IMG/VR virus record: IMGVR_UViG_3300025392_000357
Coordinates: 1 to 44,316 of that record
Length of the DNA stretch: 44,316 bases
Reading direction: 5' to 3' (one strand)
From: a virus
Lineage: Duplodnaviria; Caudoviricetes
Under the pieces are notes generated by a model that was not told the DNA's origin, searched no databases, and was given only the letters and a program-made list of their open reading frames with translations. A program made the translations under genes and the position numbers. Positions 9,701 to 19,573 of this stretch are shown piece by piece (the stretch's first letter is position 1; every line of letters begins with the position of its first letter).

Positions 9701-12700
9701 CAAACGCTTATCCGGCGAGGAGACTTCGTCTAAAGCCATCGAGCTTGGTCAAAAAACACCTGAGTACAAAGAAGAACTTGCCAAGCAAGTTGAGTTCATG
9801 CGTAATGCGCTTGGACAAAGCAAACAAGAATTGCCAACCAAACGTACAGGCGCTGCAACCCGCAACGTCTCTCGCGCTAAACGTGAAGAACTTACAGGTA
9901 CACCTGAGAGCCGTGAAGCCACGACAAAGCGTGGTGAGATTGCTCGCAATAGAGCAACGCCAGAGCAAGTGCGTGCACTGCAAAACAAATCCGAAGCTGC
10001 GCCTAAAGTAACGAAGACACGCCGTAAAGCAACAAGCGTGGAGCAAGGCAGACTGCGCAGTATGTTTGACGAGGCGATCCGCTCAGAGCGTGAGGGTGGT
10101 GAAGATAGCTTTGCCCGTGGTGTAGAGACTGAGAGTCCAAACTTAAACGAAACCCAGCTTCGCGCTATTGATGACAACGACATCAATGCCGTATATACCG
10201 ACATTGCTAATGATAAGAACGCGCCTGAGATTAACCGTGTAATTGCCCAACGTCTGTCTGACTTACTTGATAACACCAACGTAGTCATTAGGGACAAGAT
10301 TACAGATAAAGAAGGAAATGAAGTTCTTGGTGTGTCTCTTGGTGACACAATTGGGTTGAGTCGTAATGGTGGTTTATCACACGAGGTTTTGCTACACGAA
10401 GGCATTCACCAAGGTGTGGACCATGTGCTTGATATGCCTGAAGCCAACCTCACCCCAATCCAAACGGTTGCTAAACGTGAGTTGCAAGCTTTGCACGCAG
10501 CTATAAAAAATGATGCGTCAATTACAAGTAGCACAGCAAAAGGCAGTCTTAAAGAGTTTGCAGCCGAAGCTATGTCTAACAAGAAGCTTCAAGCCCAGTT
10601 GCGTGAGAAAAAGTGGAAACTCTCAAATGCTTGGGATGGATTTAAAAGCATCATACTTCGTTTGCTTGGTGTGTATAAAGGCGGTAAGACTGAACCCGAG
10701 ACTATGCTCGGCGCTGCTATTCAATCCATTGATGCCTTAATGAGACCTAGCAGTGAGCGTCCAAAAGCACCAGAGCGCTCACCATCACAAAAAGACATTG
10801 CCGCGCTACATACGGGTAGTAACTCGATGAAACAGTTTGCCGAACAGTTCGGTGACTTGATCAAACAAAAAGACCGTACACCTGAAGATGCGGAGCGCAT
10901 TGGCGCTGATGTGCTTGAGCGTATGGAGCTTGACCCTCAAGCGTTTGTTAAGGTTCCTACCTCTGCTGAAGACGTTTTAAAACAGTATGAAAACTATAAA
11001 CTTGTTCATGAATTGTCAGAGAGCGAACCCCGCAAACTGAGCAAAGAAGAAGAAACGCTGTTTAAAAAAGTTGAAGAATACAAACGTCTCGATGCTGAAG
11101 CCAAGGCGCTTGAAGATGATTTAAAGGATGCTTTACCTCCAGGTAAAACATTGGCGAGACCTGCAAGAAAAGACGGTAGCGCTGCCCCCGTTATGCGCAA
11201 TATGTCTCAAGAAGAATACGATAATCTTAACGAGGCTAAGAAAAAAGCTAAGATTGCGCATGGTAATTTAAATTCTTTAAGGTATGAGACTATTATGTCG
11301 GACGGTAAACCGTACGACCCAGAAAACCCACTTCACTATGCTGAAGCTACAGCAGAAACATTTGCTAATTTAAAAGCAAAAGAAGACCCTACAGTAGCAC
11401 GACGAGAAGCACGTGAAATTAAAAAACAAAGAACGCATGATTTGCGTTCTTTAGTTGACTTATTAAAAGACAATCCTAGCTATACTAGCGTTGAAAATGC
11501 TTTAGTTGCTAAAGCTGCAGCAAAGTGGGCAGTTGTATCTGATAAAGACGGTCGTTTAAAACTTGCTACGATTGAATCTAATAATAGACATAATGTAGCG
11601 GTTGTGGGACACGAGGCTGCCGATGCTGTTATTCAAGAATTGCGTGCAGGTAAATCCCTTAAAGATGCGTTCCTTGACGGTCTGCAAAAAAATGCAGATA
11701 AAAACGCTAAAGACAATAGTACCAAAAATGGTTGGCAACTATTTAAACAAAGCCACTCAGAACAAGATGCTGTTGAATTAAACAAGGCTTGTGCAGGAAC
11801 AGAATGGTGTACAGGTAGAACTGTTGGTACTGCACGCTCGCACATTGGTGGTGGAGACTTCTATGTAAATTACAAAGACGGTCGCCCTGAAGTTGCTGTT
11901 CGTATGAACGGACAAGACAGAATTGGAGAAGTGCGAGGCAACACACCAAACCAAGCGCTTAATAAAGAACAACAAGCTATTGCCCAGGAGTTCCTTAAGA
12001 ACTCTGACTTTTCAAATGCTAAAGATTACACATCAGAGTTTGCAAGAAAACAGTTAGCTATTGATATAGCTAAAGGTGTTGCCGACATGCCGATTAGCGA
12101 TTTGATTAACTCTAGAATTAGCGTTGATATTTCTTTTGGCGACAATAAAACTGCTAGTATTGATGATTACCAAATAAATCACTTTTTGTCTTTTAGGTCT
12201 GTAGATGGCTACGGCGGTAGACCAGAAGCTAGTGAAAAAGTTAAAGAGTTTTTTCGCAATAAGATTTTAAAAGCTGTTGGTAAAGCTTGGGACAACGGTT
12301 ATTATCTAGGCGCTAAATTTGATTTATATGATAGAGAACCAAACACAATTACGCTAAATGGTAAAGAATACAAGCCTAGGCTAGAAGATGCTAAAGCAGC
12401 AAAACATCTTCGACTTTCTTTGCATAAAGGAGAAAACATTACTCTACCTAATTTAGAGTATGTCGATGGTATAGATATGTTTGGTGCAGATGAAGGTTCT
12501 TTAAGTGTTGATTTACCAAACCTTAAAAAAATAAATAACCCCATCACAGCTTTTGGAGAAAAACCTAATGATAGTATTTTAACCATTCCATCAAATGTTG
12601 ATGTGGATGTAAGAGGTTTTGGTTCCAGAGATAGTTATATAACTATTAAAGGCGCTACTCAAATAACTATACCGTATGAGAGCCTAAGAAAGAGTGTTTT

Positions 12701-15700
12701 ATATTTAGATGCGCCAGATGCTTTATACGTAAATGACCTTGGTGTTTTAGAAGCCGTTAAAAAAGGAATGGCTGACGCGCTAGAGGTTGCGTACACACAT
12801 GCGGTCTGGGCTAAAGACTTGGGTCCTATCCATGAAAACTACGATGATCTTGTTGCACGCGCAGATAGAGAGCCTGGAGATAGCGAGGAGCAACAAAAGA
12901 TTGGGAAATCCCTTGAGGCTTTACACAACTTTAATACAGAATTTGCTGTTAAGTTAGAAAAAGATGTTGTTAAAAGACTTGATCCAGAGCAAGTGGACAT
13001 TGTTGCACACGATCAAAAAATAGCTGAGGCAATTGCACAAGGTGCAATAGATAGTCGCCCTAGTAAAATGAATAGTTATTTTTCTGCTTTAAGTGAAGCG
13101 ATTGCTAGAGCTTTTGATCCGCAAGAACAAATAACGCAAGAAGGTTTACAAAAAGCACAAGCACTAATTAGAGATGTGCTTGAAGGAGAACACGAATACA
13201 TTGAAGAAAATGTAAAGCAAGACGTGCTTAAGAGCTTGGAAAAAGGAAAAACTGTTATAGATGCGCCTAATCGTATTGGTGACATCAAACCACCAGAGAT
13301 TGCCAACCAAGCTCCTCCCGAACCTGCTTACGCTCGTCGTGCTAAATACGACGAAGACAATCCTTTGACTCGCTTTACCAAGAAGATCATTGCGCAAGAG
13401 CCTGGCTTCAAGGAAATGAAAGAGAACCTGACCAAGAACGGGGCGCTCATGGCTGAAATGAATGCCGTGGATATGCGTGCTCCGGTCATGAAGGCAATCA
13501 ACATTGGCGCTGAAGCTATTGGCAAACGTGATATTGCAACCCAAGTCAAGCACTTCATATTGACTGCGGATGACAAAGTCCAAATGTCAATGGCAACTTT
13601 GAAACACGGACCGCTTCAGTTTGTTAAAGATTCAAAAGGTTTGATCGAAATACAAACAAGCAACAAGGACTCTGGTCTTGATGTATTCAAAGCTATGTCC
13701 GACATACCGCTCGGCAATGCAACAGCCAAGGTAGATATGGCAACCGCGTATCAGGCTGCCATCCGTGCAGGTAACAAAGGACTTAAAACACTTGACTTGG
13801 GCGCTTTGCAATTAAGTGATCAAGAACTTAAAGAAACCCTAGACTATGTTAACTCCAATCCAGAACTAAAGACCGCGCTTGAAAAGGTTCGTACTCGGTA
13901 CAACGCATACAACAAAGGTCTTATTAACTTCCTTGCCGACTCAGGCAAGATTACCAAAGCCAAAGCAGCCGAGCTATTAAAAGACAATGACTACTTACCG
14001 TTCTACCGTGTTGATGAAGACGGCAAAGCTGCGCTTGTGTTTAGTGATGATGTACAGATAAACGTAGGCGACATCAAACATCAGCCGTATTTGCACGCGC
14101 TCAAAGGTGGCGAGACTAAGATATTGCCGCTTGACAAGTCGATGCTACAAAACACATTGTTGATCAACGATGCAGCGCTTACCAATTTGGCAAGCCGTTC
14201 AATGGCGTATGCGTTTCAACAAATCGGAGCGCAACGCGCACCAGGCGTTAAGAATGACATGGTCATCCATTCAGGGCAAGCACCTGCTGGCGACAACATT
14301 CTGACGTTTAATCAACAACCTGACCCCAAGAATCCAAAAGACGAAGGTAAGCGTTGGATACGAATTGACACCAAAGGCACGCTTATGGAAGGCGTGCCCA
14401 CAGAAATGGTGGTCAAGAGCTTGGAAGGTACTGCGCTTACACTACCCGGTTATTTAAAATTGGCAGGAGCCGCATCCGATTTGCTTCGTACCGGCGTAAC
14501 ACGCACACCGCTTTATATTGCTCACCAATTGCTTCGTGACCCTGCATCATCCGCACTCACAGGCGGTATTGAAAGCAATCCATTCATGGCTATTCTTAGA
14601 GCAGGGGCGCAGTTTGGTAAGGCGGGCTTTAGTCAGACTAAAGCTACACCAGAAATGGCAGAGCTTATTAAGCGCGGTATTATCCAAAGTAATGTGTTTA
14701 AAGGCGACAGTAGTGACCTATCTAAGTTTGCCATTCAGTTAGCAAGCGGTAAAGATATGAACGCCTTACAACGTGCAGTTGCTTGGGCAGACAGAGCAGC
14801 GATGAACGCCGATGCTGCGACCCGCGCTATTATTTGGCAAGATGCTAAGAAGCAAGGACTGTCAGACGTTGAAGCCAACATCGCTACACGTGAGTCTATT
14901 AACTACCAAAAGCGTGGGTTGTCTGCTTCAGTACAACATAGCAACCGCATGATTCCGTTCATGGGCGGTCAAATACAGGCGCTCAATGTGTTTGCCAAAG
15001 CTGCTCGTGGCAATATGCCGTTCAACAAAGAACTGGACATCAAGAAAAAGTTTTACAACGGTGCTTTGACTTTGTCCGCTTTAGGCTTGGCGTACGGCTT
15101 TTCTCTAGCAGGCAATCCTTACTACGAGCAAGCAAGTCTTAAAGACAAGTATGGCAACTTCTTCTTGTTCTTACCATTTGTTGATGAGCCAGTTAAGATA
15201 CCAATTCCTTACGAGGTTGGATACTTCTTCTCGCTTGGCGTTGCTGCTGCGGATGCTATGTCTTCTGCTGTGGAAGGTACGGACCAGATCAAAGCGCTTG
15301 CTAATATTTTCTCTGGTTCGATTCCTGGCTATAGTTCTAAAGGCGTACCACAAGTTATTAAGCCTGTGCTTGAAGCGGTTACAAACACCGACTTTAATAC
15401 GCTCCAACCAATCGAGTCGGCTCGTTTAAAAGCACTTGACCCTGCGCAAAGATACACTACAAACACAACGGAGCTTGCTAAACAAATTAGTAAGAACACA
15501 GGTGGCGTGGTGTCTCCTATTATGATCGAGCACTTTGTTAAGGGCTACTTAGGTCAGATACCGCTTGCCACCGCGGCTGCAACCAACAGCTTGTTTGATA
15601 CTGGTGAGCGCATGCCTATCGAGCACGCATCTGAAATGCCTTTTATTGGTAGTGCGTTCCAGAAGAAGTACGGCGGTGAGCAAGCTAACGAAGCCTACGA

Positions 15701-16010
15701 AATTGCAGAAGATGCGATCAAGGCTAAGAACACGCTCAACAATGTTGCAAGAGAACAGGGCAGGGAAAAAGCCAAAGAGTACCTGAACGACAACTATGCA
15801 CGTATTGCGTTAGCACCTGTTGCTGAAAAATACAAAGCAGGTATGGGCAAACTTGCAGCCGAAGAACGTATTATCCGCGGTCGTCCTGCACCTAATGAAG
15901 TAAGGCAAGCCCAGCTTGATAAGATAGAAGCAGCGCGTCAGCTACTTGCATCTAAGTACTTAGAGGCTTTCCAAAAGGTTAGAAAGAATCCGCCACAACC
16001 TCATCGGTAA
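6735..16010 (+). CDS. Giant internal virion polyvalent protein (zincin-like HExxH domain, WC-motif PcfJ-like domain, C-terminal LPD38-like domain)
   Basis: 3091 aa. LLHEGIHQ at 10395-10409. CAGTEWCT...EVAVRM...IGEVRG near 11790-11940. C-terminal IPFMGGQIQ...KIPIPYEVG...IEHFVKGYLG pattern like LPD38. Last gene of the ejection module. Confidence 0.7.
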   Translation: MAQYLPLPDGTSVTVREGETPDQAWGRALQMYPEAFGFAPKPPEPKPQQPTGFFPGLGRGLQGGAAQTGEALGELGGLEGLRQYSEEQKRIAAEKAIGDETWRGKAGEAIGNVIGRFGAPMAAGAVAAAAAPEFALASLGAGALGFVAADLPLNIGESLAAQREAGQTQSAARATATGIAKTAIDTLGGEVLAGPMRSIIGKTAIEQAQPLVKEVLAGNMTVAQATEKLSGFLKNFMQSTAQNAVVGPATMVARDVTERVGLGQEVASPEAMKQYGQDLLSGVEVSPVFGALQARSTVKGAKAALEKAGEARQAAQAATPPTPPDLLTAPGIPMPGPETEEKAQAPDVLRMVDEHKAMTAQVPEIYERLQQAVAARDTANIRPLADALQGLNYRIENLGKKITDAGGVLGTPEDFETTAAAELKTHDKKIAGAEKKLDAATAEGDFENINKHVDKLDELQQQRKEIEAKHEQARAQLQKQEIKPGETFPLFGRGQEGAGKPETPQEYVPAAAPSLKLEDIKNAIPTVYNPAEPTTRLVEKKINGKYVQQVVENPLPKNANEPLSPENTDRAHKRIFRAVTQGLENGLTNDQITQQIQTDTRGGLTTDTLNNLNKLLDEQRAVRENPPVKKFELNKQPEAVEEAKQTEVDQRLKQASIEDNVNTAEKMASEIQKLQAQKDKLRGSELTDNAALLSDLEAKKAAYDQHIKDNLTPDTKQLDLFTPQNERATGLRNEDPATIKALVDEHQLRTAKESLARRDQEAADKARLIKALDDRLNLGGRKVTRTATPEEYDRITNEINRLQLLVEQPIGNNTRSYLQQAIDLAAKHQTLLDKKAAGAKGHIERTIGAVLKEYNRIMDKHILPIRDRIVRLHQSLYSVERAETATELTEKRKAQEEKQRQSTIRPPSEAEAKEGVIGRAVMSRAAKTTARINKGDVVTEAVKSSKMRDIAQMLGRDTPEFETYMNARLKKQEALNKKYGEKSEQALEFKRLSGEETSSKAIELGQKTPEYKEELAKQVEFMRNALGQSKQELPTKRTGAATRNVSRAKREELTGTPESREATTKRGEIARNRATPEQVRALQNKSEAAPKVTKTRRKATSVEQGRLRSMFDEAIRSEREGGEDSFARGVETESPNLNETQLRAIDDNDINAVYTDIANDKNAPEINRVIAQRLSDLLDNTNVVIRDKITDKEGNEVLGVSLGDTIGLSRNGGLSHEVLLHEGIHQGVDHVLDMPEANLTPIQTVAKRELQALHAAIKNDASITSSTAKGSLKEFAAEAMSNKKLQAQLREKKWKLSNAWDGFKSIILRLLGVYKGGKTEPETMLGAAIQSIDALMRPSSERPKAPERSPSQKDIAALHTGSNSMKQFAEQFGDLIKQKDRTPEDAERIGADVLERMELDPQAFVKVPTSAEDVLKQYENYKLVHELSESEPRKLSKEEETLFKKVEEYKRLDAEAKALEDDLKDALPPGKTLARPARKDGSAAPVMRNMSQEEYDNLNEAKKKAKIAHGNLNSLRYETIMSDGKPYDPENPLHYAEATAETFANLKAKEDPTVARREAREIKKQRTHDLRSLVDLLKDNPSYTSVENALVAKAAAKWAVVSDKDGRLKLATIESNNRHNVAVVGHEAADAVIQELRAGKSLKDAFLDGLQKNADKNAKDNSTKNGWQLFKQSHSEQDAVELNKACAGTEWCTGRTVGTARSHIGGGDFYVNYKDGRPEVAVRMNGQDRIGEVRGNTPNQALNKEQQAIAQEFLKNSDFSNAKDYTSEFARKQLAIDIAKGVADMPISDLINSRISVDISFGDNKTASIDDYQINHFLSFRSVDGYGGRPEASEKVKEFFRNKILKAVGKAWDNGYYLGAKFDLYDREPNTITLNGKEYKPRLEDAKAAKHLRLSLHKGENITLPNLEYVDGIDMFGADEGSLSVDLPNLKKINNPITAFGEKPNDSILTIPSNVDVDVRGFGSRDSYITIKGATQITIPYESLRKSVLYLDAPDALYVNDLGVLEAVKKGMADALEVAYTHAVWAKDLGPIHENYDDLVARADREPGDSEEQQKIGKSLEALHNFNTEFAVKLEKDVVKRLDPEQVDIVAHDQKIAEAIAQGAIDSRPSKMNSYFSALSEAIARAFDPQEQITQEGLQKAQALIRDVLEGEHEYIEENVKQDVLKSLEKGKTVIDAPNRIGDIKPPEIANQAPPEPAYARRAKYDEDNPLTRFTKKIIAQEPGFKEMKENLTKNGALMAEMNAVDMRAPVMKAINIGAEAIGKRDIATQVKHFILTADDKVQMSMATLKHGPLQFVKDSKGLIEIQTSNKDSGLDVFKAMSDIPLGNATAKVDMATAYQAAIRAGNKGLKTLDLGALQLSDQELKETLDYVNSNPELKTALEKVRTRYNAYNKGLINFLADSGKITKAKAAELLKDNDYLPFYRVDEDGKAALVFSDDVQINVGDIKHQPYLHALKGGETKILPLDKSMLQNTLLINDAALTNLASRSMAYAFQQIGAQRAPGVKNDMVIHSGQAPAGDNILTFNQQPDPKNPKDEGKRWIRIDTKGTLMEGVPTEMVVKSLEGTALTLPGYLKLAGAASDLLRTGVTRTPLYIAHQLLRDPASSALTGGIESNPFMAILRAGAQFGKAGFSQTKATPEMAELIKRGIIQSNVFKGDSSDLSKFAIQLASGKDMNALQRAVAWADRAAMNADAATRAIIWQDAKKQGLSDVEANIATRESINYQKRGLSASVQHSNRMIPFMGGQIQALNVFAKAARGNMPFNKELDIKKKFYNGALTLSALGLAYGFSLAGNPYYEQASLKDKYGNFFLFLPFVDEPVKIPIPYEVGYFFSLGVAAADAMSSAVEGTDQIKALANIFSGSIPGYSSKGVPQVIKPVLEAVTNTDFNTLQPIESARLKALDPAQRYTTNTTELAKQISKNTGGVVSPIMIEHFVKGYLGQIPLATAAATNSLFDTGERMPIEHASEMPFIGSAFQKKYGGEQANEAYEIAEDAIKAKNTLNNVAREQGREKAKEYLNDNYARIALAPVAEKYKAGMGKLAAEERIIRGRPAPNEVRQAQLDKIEAARQLLASKYLEAFQKVRKNPPQPHR

Positions 16011-16189
16011 AACCACACGCCAATCCTTTTGTCCATAATACCGACCTGAGCCTTGGCGTTGAATATTCTGTAACGTAGTGCTTGTTGGAGACCGTCAGCT
16101 TTGATGGTCTCCGTATCTAAACAGGGGATGAAGAACCCCTGCCCTTTCTCAACTGACTTCCAAGGATAGCGCACTCGCAATAATGTCAT
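16001..16189 (-). CDS. Small hypothetical protein (YPW...GFFIP type)
   Basis: GAGG 9 nt before ATG 16189. Overlaps the primase 3' end and converges on the giant gene with a 10-nt overlap. Confidence 0.6.
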   Translation of the reverse strand: MTLLRVRYPWKSVEKGQGFFIPCLDTETIKADGLQQALRYRIFNAKAQVGIMDKRIGVWFYR

Positions 16190-19112
16190 CTGTTTCATCC
16201 TCACGTCTGCTGATCTTCATAACAGCCACACGCATTTGCGGTCCCGTAGTCTTAGCCATCATATCTTTCTTGGATACATAAGTCACCGCATATTGGCGCT
16301 CAATGTGGCGTTTAAAGTCAGCGTAACCAAAGCTCATGGATGAGCAAAAGGATTTGAGCAGTCGCTCCTCAATATAGAAGTCTTTGCATCCTGCGGTCAC
16401 ACCGTTCTCTACGCGCCCCATTACATTGGATTTGGTCGTTGCCTTGTCGATCACAGAGCCGTCGCCCATAGCAGCAGACAACCCACCTTTCTCGCCAAAG
16501 TTAACCACCACAAAGTGTCCCCAGTACTCACGGATAAATGCGTTCAGTACGTCCTCTGCGCTACGTTTACCGCCTTTGATATTGGTGCGCATGTAGTCGA
16601 TACGTCTGTGCATGGCTTGGATAATCATATCCATTGGGAAGTCTGCAATGTTTGCGTGTTGGAAATTCATAACAACTCCGGCAGCTACCATCGCCCCAAT
16701 CCCTGCCATCCAAAAGCGCTCATCATTAGTGGCTTTAAACTCAGCGTACATTTGCTTTACGCAATCAGGTACTAGCTTGGCTACATCACGCACGTTGTCA
16801 ACAAGGTATTGAACAAGTACGTCTCCGGCTACCGCATAGTTATTGGCAAGCGATTTGATGATCTCGATCTCATCGTGCTCCCACTTCAGTTCTTCGTCCA
16901 TGACAAACTCGATTAGTCTGCGCAGTTCACCTTCGGCTGCATGCTTTCTGTCGCCAGTCAAGACGTCAACCACGTGGGTATTGGAAGACATAATCGCAAC
17001 CGTCATCCATGTGGACAAGTTCACACGCTCCTTGTTAGAGCCGGACTCCATACGCTCCTTACCGCGACCCTCAGTCATGTCGAGCAGATGTGCAGGGAAC
17101 CATTCAAAGTCGTTGCGGTTCTTAGATGTGATCTCGTCTGTGATCAAAGGGGTGTTGTTGAGAAGACCGAGTCTCTGTTGCATGGCGACAGGTGAGGTTC
17201 CTTTTCCGGTTCTGTAGTGCACAGGGTGACCCCAGATGGATGCCGCGCCCTCGAGCGCCAATGATTTTCCGGTTCCTGACTCAGTCGATCCGCAATGGTA
17301 CGTAAGACCATAGATACCAGTAAAACGCATAAAAGGAGCACTAGCACCTGCAAGGATAATCGCCAAGTGATCATACATTTTCTTTCGTACTAAAAGGTTA
17401 ATGAAATTACGCCAGTTGTCTAGCGTGCCTGTTGGCTGTGTATTAGCCGTGATGTTCTCCAAGCCCTCCATAGGTACGGGTATAGGCTCGGCATTGTTCT
17501 TATAAATCTTTCCTGCAAAGACAAAGGAATCATCGTCTTGCCAACCGTAGCTAGACGGTACGCTAATAGGTGTTTTTTCTGTGCTCATTTTTTCTACGCA
17601 TGCTCTTACATAATCGGATAGGTTCTTATCATTACCTGAGCCAAACGCACTCACAATGTTTTGCGCTGCTAAAGTCTTGACGGTTTCATCCTTGCTGACA
17701 ACTGCCTTTTGTGGGAGCGTGACGGTCTGTGGTCCTGTTGGACGCATCGCAATCATGTGAACCGTGTGCTCGCCTTTGTTGTTCAAAATATCAACAGGGA
17801 ATAAGTCATAGGGCAACAACATAACTTGTTTCTTAATCTTGTTGCCGTTCGCATCTTCATCTTCTTTTTCAATGAATACTCCACCACGCTCACCATAAGC
17901 GTAGCCTCTGGGTGTCTCAGGTCTTGTGTACTTTTTTGTTGTGGCTTGTCCGTTTATCACCTCCTTTATTTCAACTAATTTTTCAGCAGTCGTGACCGCT
18001 GTCTCACGTCCTAACGCAAGAGGGTTTGTAATCTTGCCAAAGTGTGGGCATCCTGTGCATACACCAGGATTTTCACTATCGAATTTGGTACATGGATATG
18101 GACCTTTTATCTCCGACAATTTTTGGTGCATGCGCTCATGGGAATACGGATGTATGTCGGACAACCATATTACGGCTTTATCAGCATCAACACACTTTTG
18201 CGCAATACTGAGCATGCCTCTCCACAACGGCTCCATACCGTCTTCGCTTCCGTTCTCAGCGTAGTACTCTAGTTGAGCGCATCCAGTACCAGCCACAGTA
18301 CGTTTCATAATACTGCTAAAGCGTGTAACAGAGTTCTCAAATAGTTTTACAGTAGTTGCACCAACAGGTGCTGTACCGGGTATTACAAGCGAGGTGCTCG
18401 GCTTTGCAGATGGCGTGACCATCTCATACGCAGTACCCGCCAAGTTCTTCGTAAGAAGTGCTTTAATGTCTTCGATGTCAAAGTAATCTCCTTCGTTTTT
18501 AAACTTGACCTTTGTAACTTCCCTTACTTTCTTATCGCCTTTAACACCAGTATTAATGGTATTTGGAACACGTAGTACACGAGACGCATCAGCGGTTACA
18601 GTTTGGTCAATGCCTAATTTCTTTAAGAAACACAAGCGCTTGAATTGTTGGGCAACAGGTTCCCACTCCTCAATTGAAACGGTTTCTTTTAAAGGCCAAT
18701 ACGCATGCACACCGCCACCAGACGACACAAGCCAAGGGCTGCCTAAATCGCTTAAGCCAACTTCATCACAAAAATTCATGATTGCTGACACCGCTGATTG
18801 GGCAGACGGATACGCCTTGGGCTTGACTTTACCGTCAAAGACGGGCAGGTCTTTGGGATGATTACAGTCAACGTCTACGGCAATACACTTTACGTTTTGG
18901 ACGTTACCTCTCACACGCGTATTCTTGTCTCCAAACGTACCGAGCGCAAAGTAAATGTCGTAGTCGTTTTTTCTCCATAGGTCTAGCTTGGTTTGTACTT
19001 CCTCCAAATTATCAACATATACATGTTCTTTCTTCTTAGTCAGTTCTACAACGCAATACCGTCCATTACCCGGTGGCGGTAGAACCGCCGCCATGAAATC
19101 AAGCGGTTCCAT
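16149..19112 (-). CDS. Primase-helicase: AEP/RepB-like primase, Cys-cluster domain, DUF927 and P-loop helicase
   Basis: IAVDVD, SSGGGVHAYW and SRVLRVP primase motifs. C..C..CxxC cluster (GPYPCTKF..CTGCPH). YGWQ DUF927-like region. Walker A ESGTGKS and Walker B LITDE. Confidence 0.85.
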   Translation of the reverse strand: MEPLDFMAAVLPPPGNGRYCVVELTKKKEHVYVDNLEEVQTKLDLWRKNDYDIYFALGTFGDKNTRVRGNVQNVKCIAVDVDCNHPKDLPVFDGKVKPKAYPSAQSAVSAIMNFCDEVGLSDLGSPWLVSSGGGVHAYWPLKETVSIEEWEPVAQQFKRLCFLKKLGIDQTVTADASRVLRVPNTINTGVKGDKKVREVTKVKFKNEGDYFDIEDIKALLTKNLAGTAYEMVTPSAKPSTSLVIPGTAPVGATTVKLFENSVTRFSSIMKRTVAGTGCAQLEYYAENGSEDGMEPLWRGMLSIAQKCVDADKAVIWLSDIHPYSHERMHQKLSEIKGPYPCTKFDSENPGVCTGCPHFGKITNPLALGRETAVTTAEKLVEIKEVINGQATTKKYTRPETPRGYAYGERGGVFIEKEDEDANGNKIKKQVMLLPYDLFPVDILNNKGEHTVHMIAMRPTGPQTVTLPQKAVVSKDETVKTLAAQNIVSAFGSGNDKNLSDYVRACVEKMSTEKTPISVPSSYGWQDDDSFVFAGKIYKNNAEPIPVPMEGLENITANTQPTGTLDNWRNFINLLVRKKMYDHLAIILAGASAPFMRFTGIYGLTYHCGSTESGTGKSLALEGAASIWGHPVHYRTGKGTSPVAMQQRLGLLNNTPLITDEITSKNRNDFEWFPAHLLDMTEGRGKERMESGSNKERVNLSTWMTVAIMSSNTHVVDVLTGDRKHAAEGELRRLIEFVMDEELKWEHDEIEIIKSLANNYAVAGDVLVQYLVDNVRDVAKLVPDCVKQMYAEFKATNDERFWMAGIGAMVAAGVVMNFQHANIADFPMDMIIQAMHRRIDYMRTNIKGGKRSAEDVLNAFIREYWGHFVVVNFGEKGGLSAAMGDGSVIDKATTKSNVMGRVENGVTAGCKDFYIEERLLKSFCSSMSFGYADFKRHIERQYAVTYVSKKDMMAKTTGPQMRVAVMKISRREDETDDIIASALSLEVS

Positions 19113-19127
19113 AAAAATTCCTTCGGG

Positions 19128-19313
19128 TTATTTAAAGAGATCGAGCTGACCTTCTTGGGGGTACAGGTGCGTTTCTGTTGGGGCAAGAGCGATGTATCGG
19201 CGCAGCAGTTCGTGTTGCCATGCGAGGGGCATGCCTTCATTGGAATCAATGAACATGGCTGAGTACTGAATCAGTTCCGAGTTACTGAGGGATCGAGGTT
19301 GTATTCCTTGCAT
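19128..19313 (-). CDS. Small hypothetical protein with C-terminal QLDLF motif
   Basis: GGAG RBS before ATG 19313; ends EGQLDLFK. Confidence 0.65.
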   Translation of the reverse strand: MQGIQPRSLSNSELIQYSAMFIDSNEGMPLAWQHELLRRYIALAPTETHLYPQEGQLDLFK

Positions 19314-19564
19314 ATTCTTCTCCATGCTTCGTCAGCCGTCTTTGAGGTTGACATTATTTTTGTTAAAAGTTCTACCCTGTTTTGGTACGCCACAAATACG
19401 TCCTTACCCTCAAACCAGTTGTACACGGTTTGACGAGTAACTCCAAGTACATAAGCGATCTTGGTCACAGGAAAGTCGAGATGAATAGCCCAACGTCCTA
19501 GCGTGTTGCCAGGACCACGCGGAGCGTGGGCTACTAGGTTTGCTATTTTGTCTGAGTACGGCAT
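19271..19564 (-). CDS. Cro/XRE-like helix-turn-helix regulator
   Basis: VTKIAYVLGVTRQTVYNWFEG is a canonical HTH. Confidence 0.8.
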   Translation of the reverse strand: MPYSDKIANLVAHAPRGPGNTLGRWAIHLDFPVTKIAYVLGVTRQTVYNWFEGKDVFVAYQNRVELLTKIMSTSKTADEAWRRICKEYNLDPSVTRN

Positions 19565-19573
19565 TGTTTTGAT

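Noticed and set aside
6875-10405. Long antisense ORFs (6875-7549, 9749-10405) and similar shadow ORFs elsewhere
   Set aside because: They lie opposite well-supported genes, with no recognisable motifs, and reflect codon bias of the sense strand.
6735-16010. Giant protein as an N4-type virion RNA polymerase
   Set aside because: Size is similar, but I could not find T7-like motif A/B/C or a DxDGD motif. The visible motifs fit a polyvalent LPD38-type protein. A structure search would settle it.
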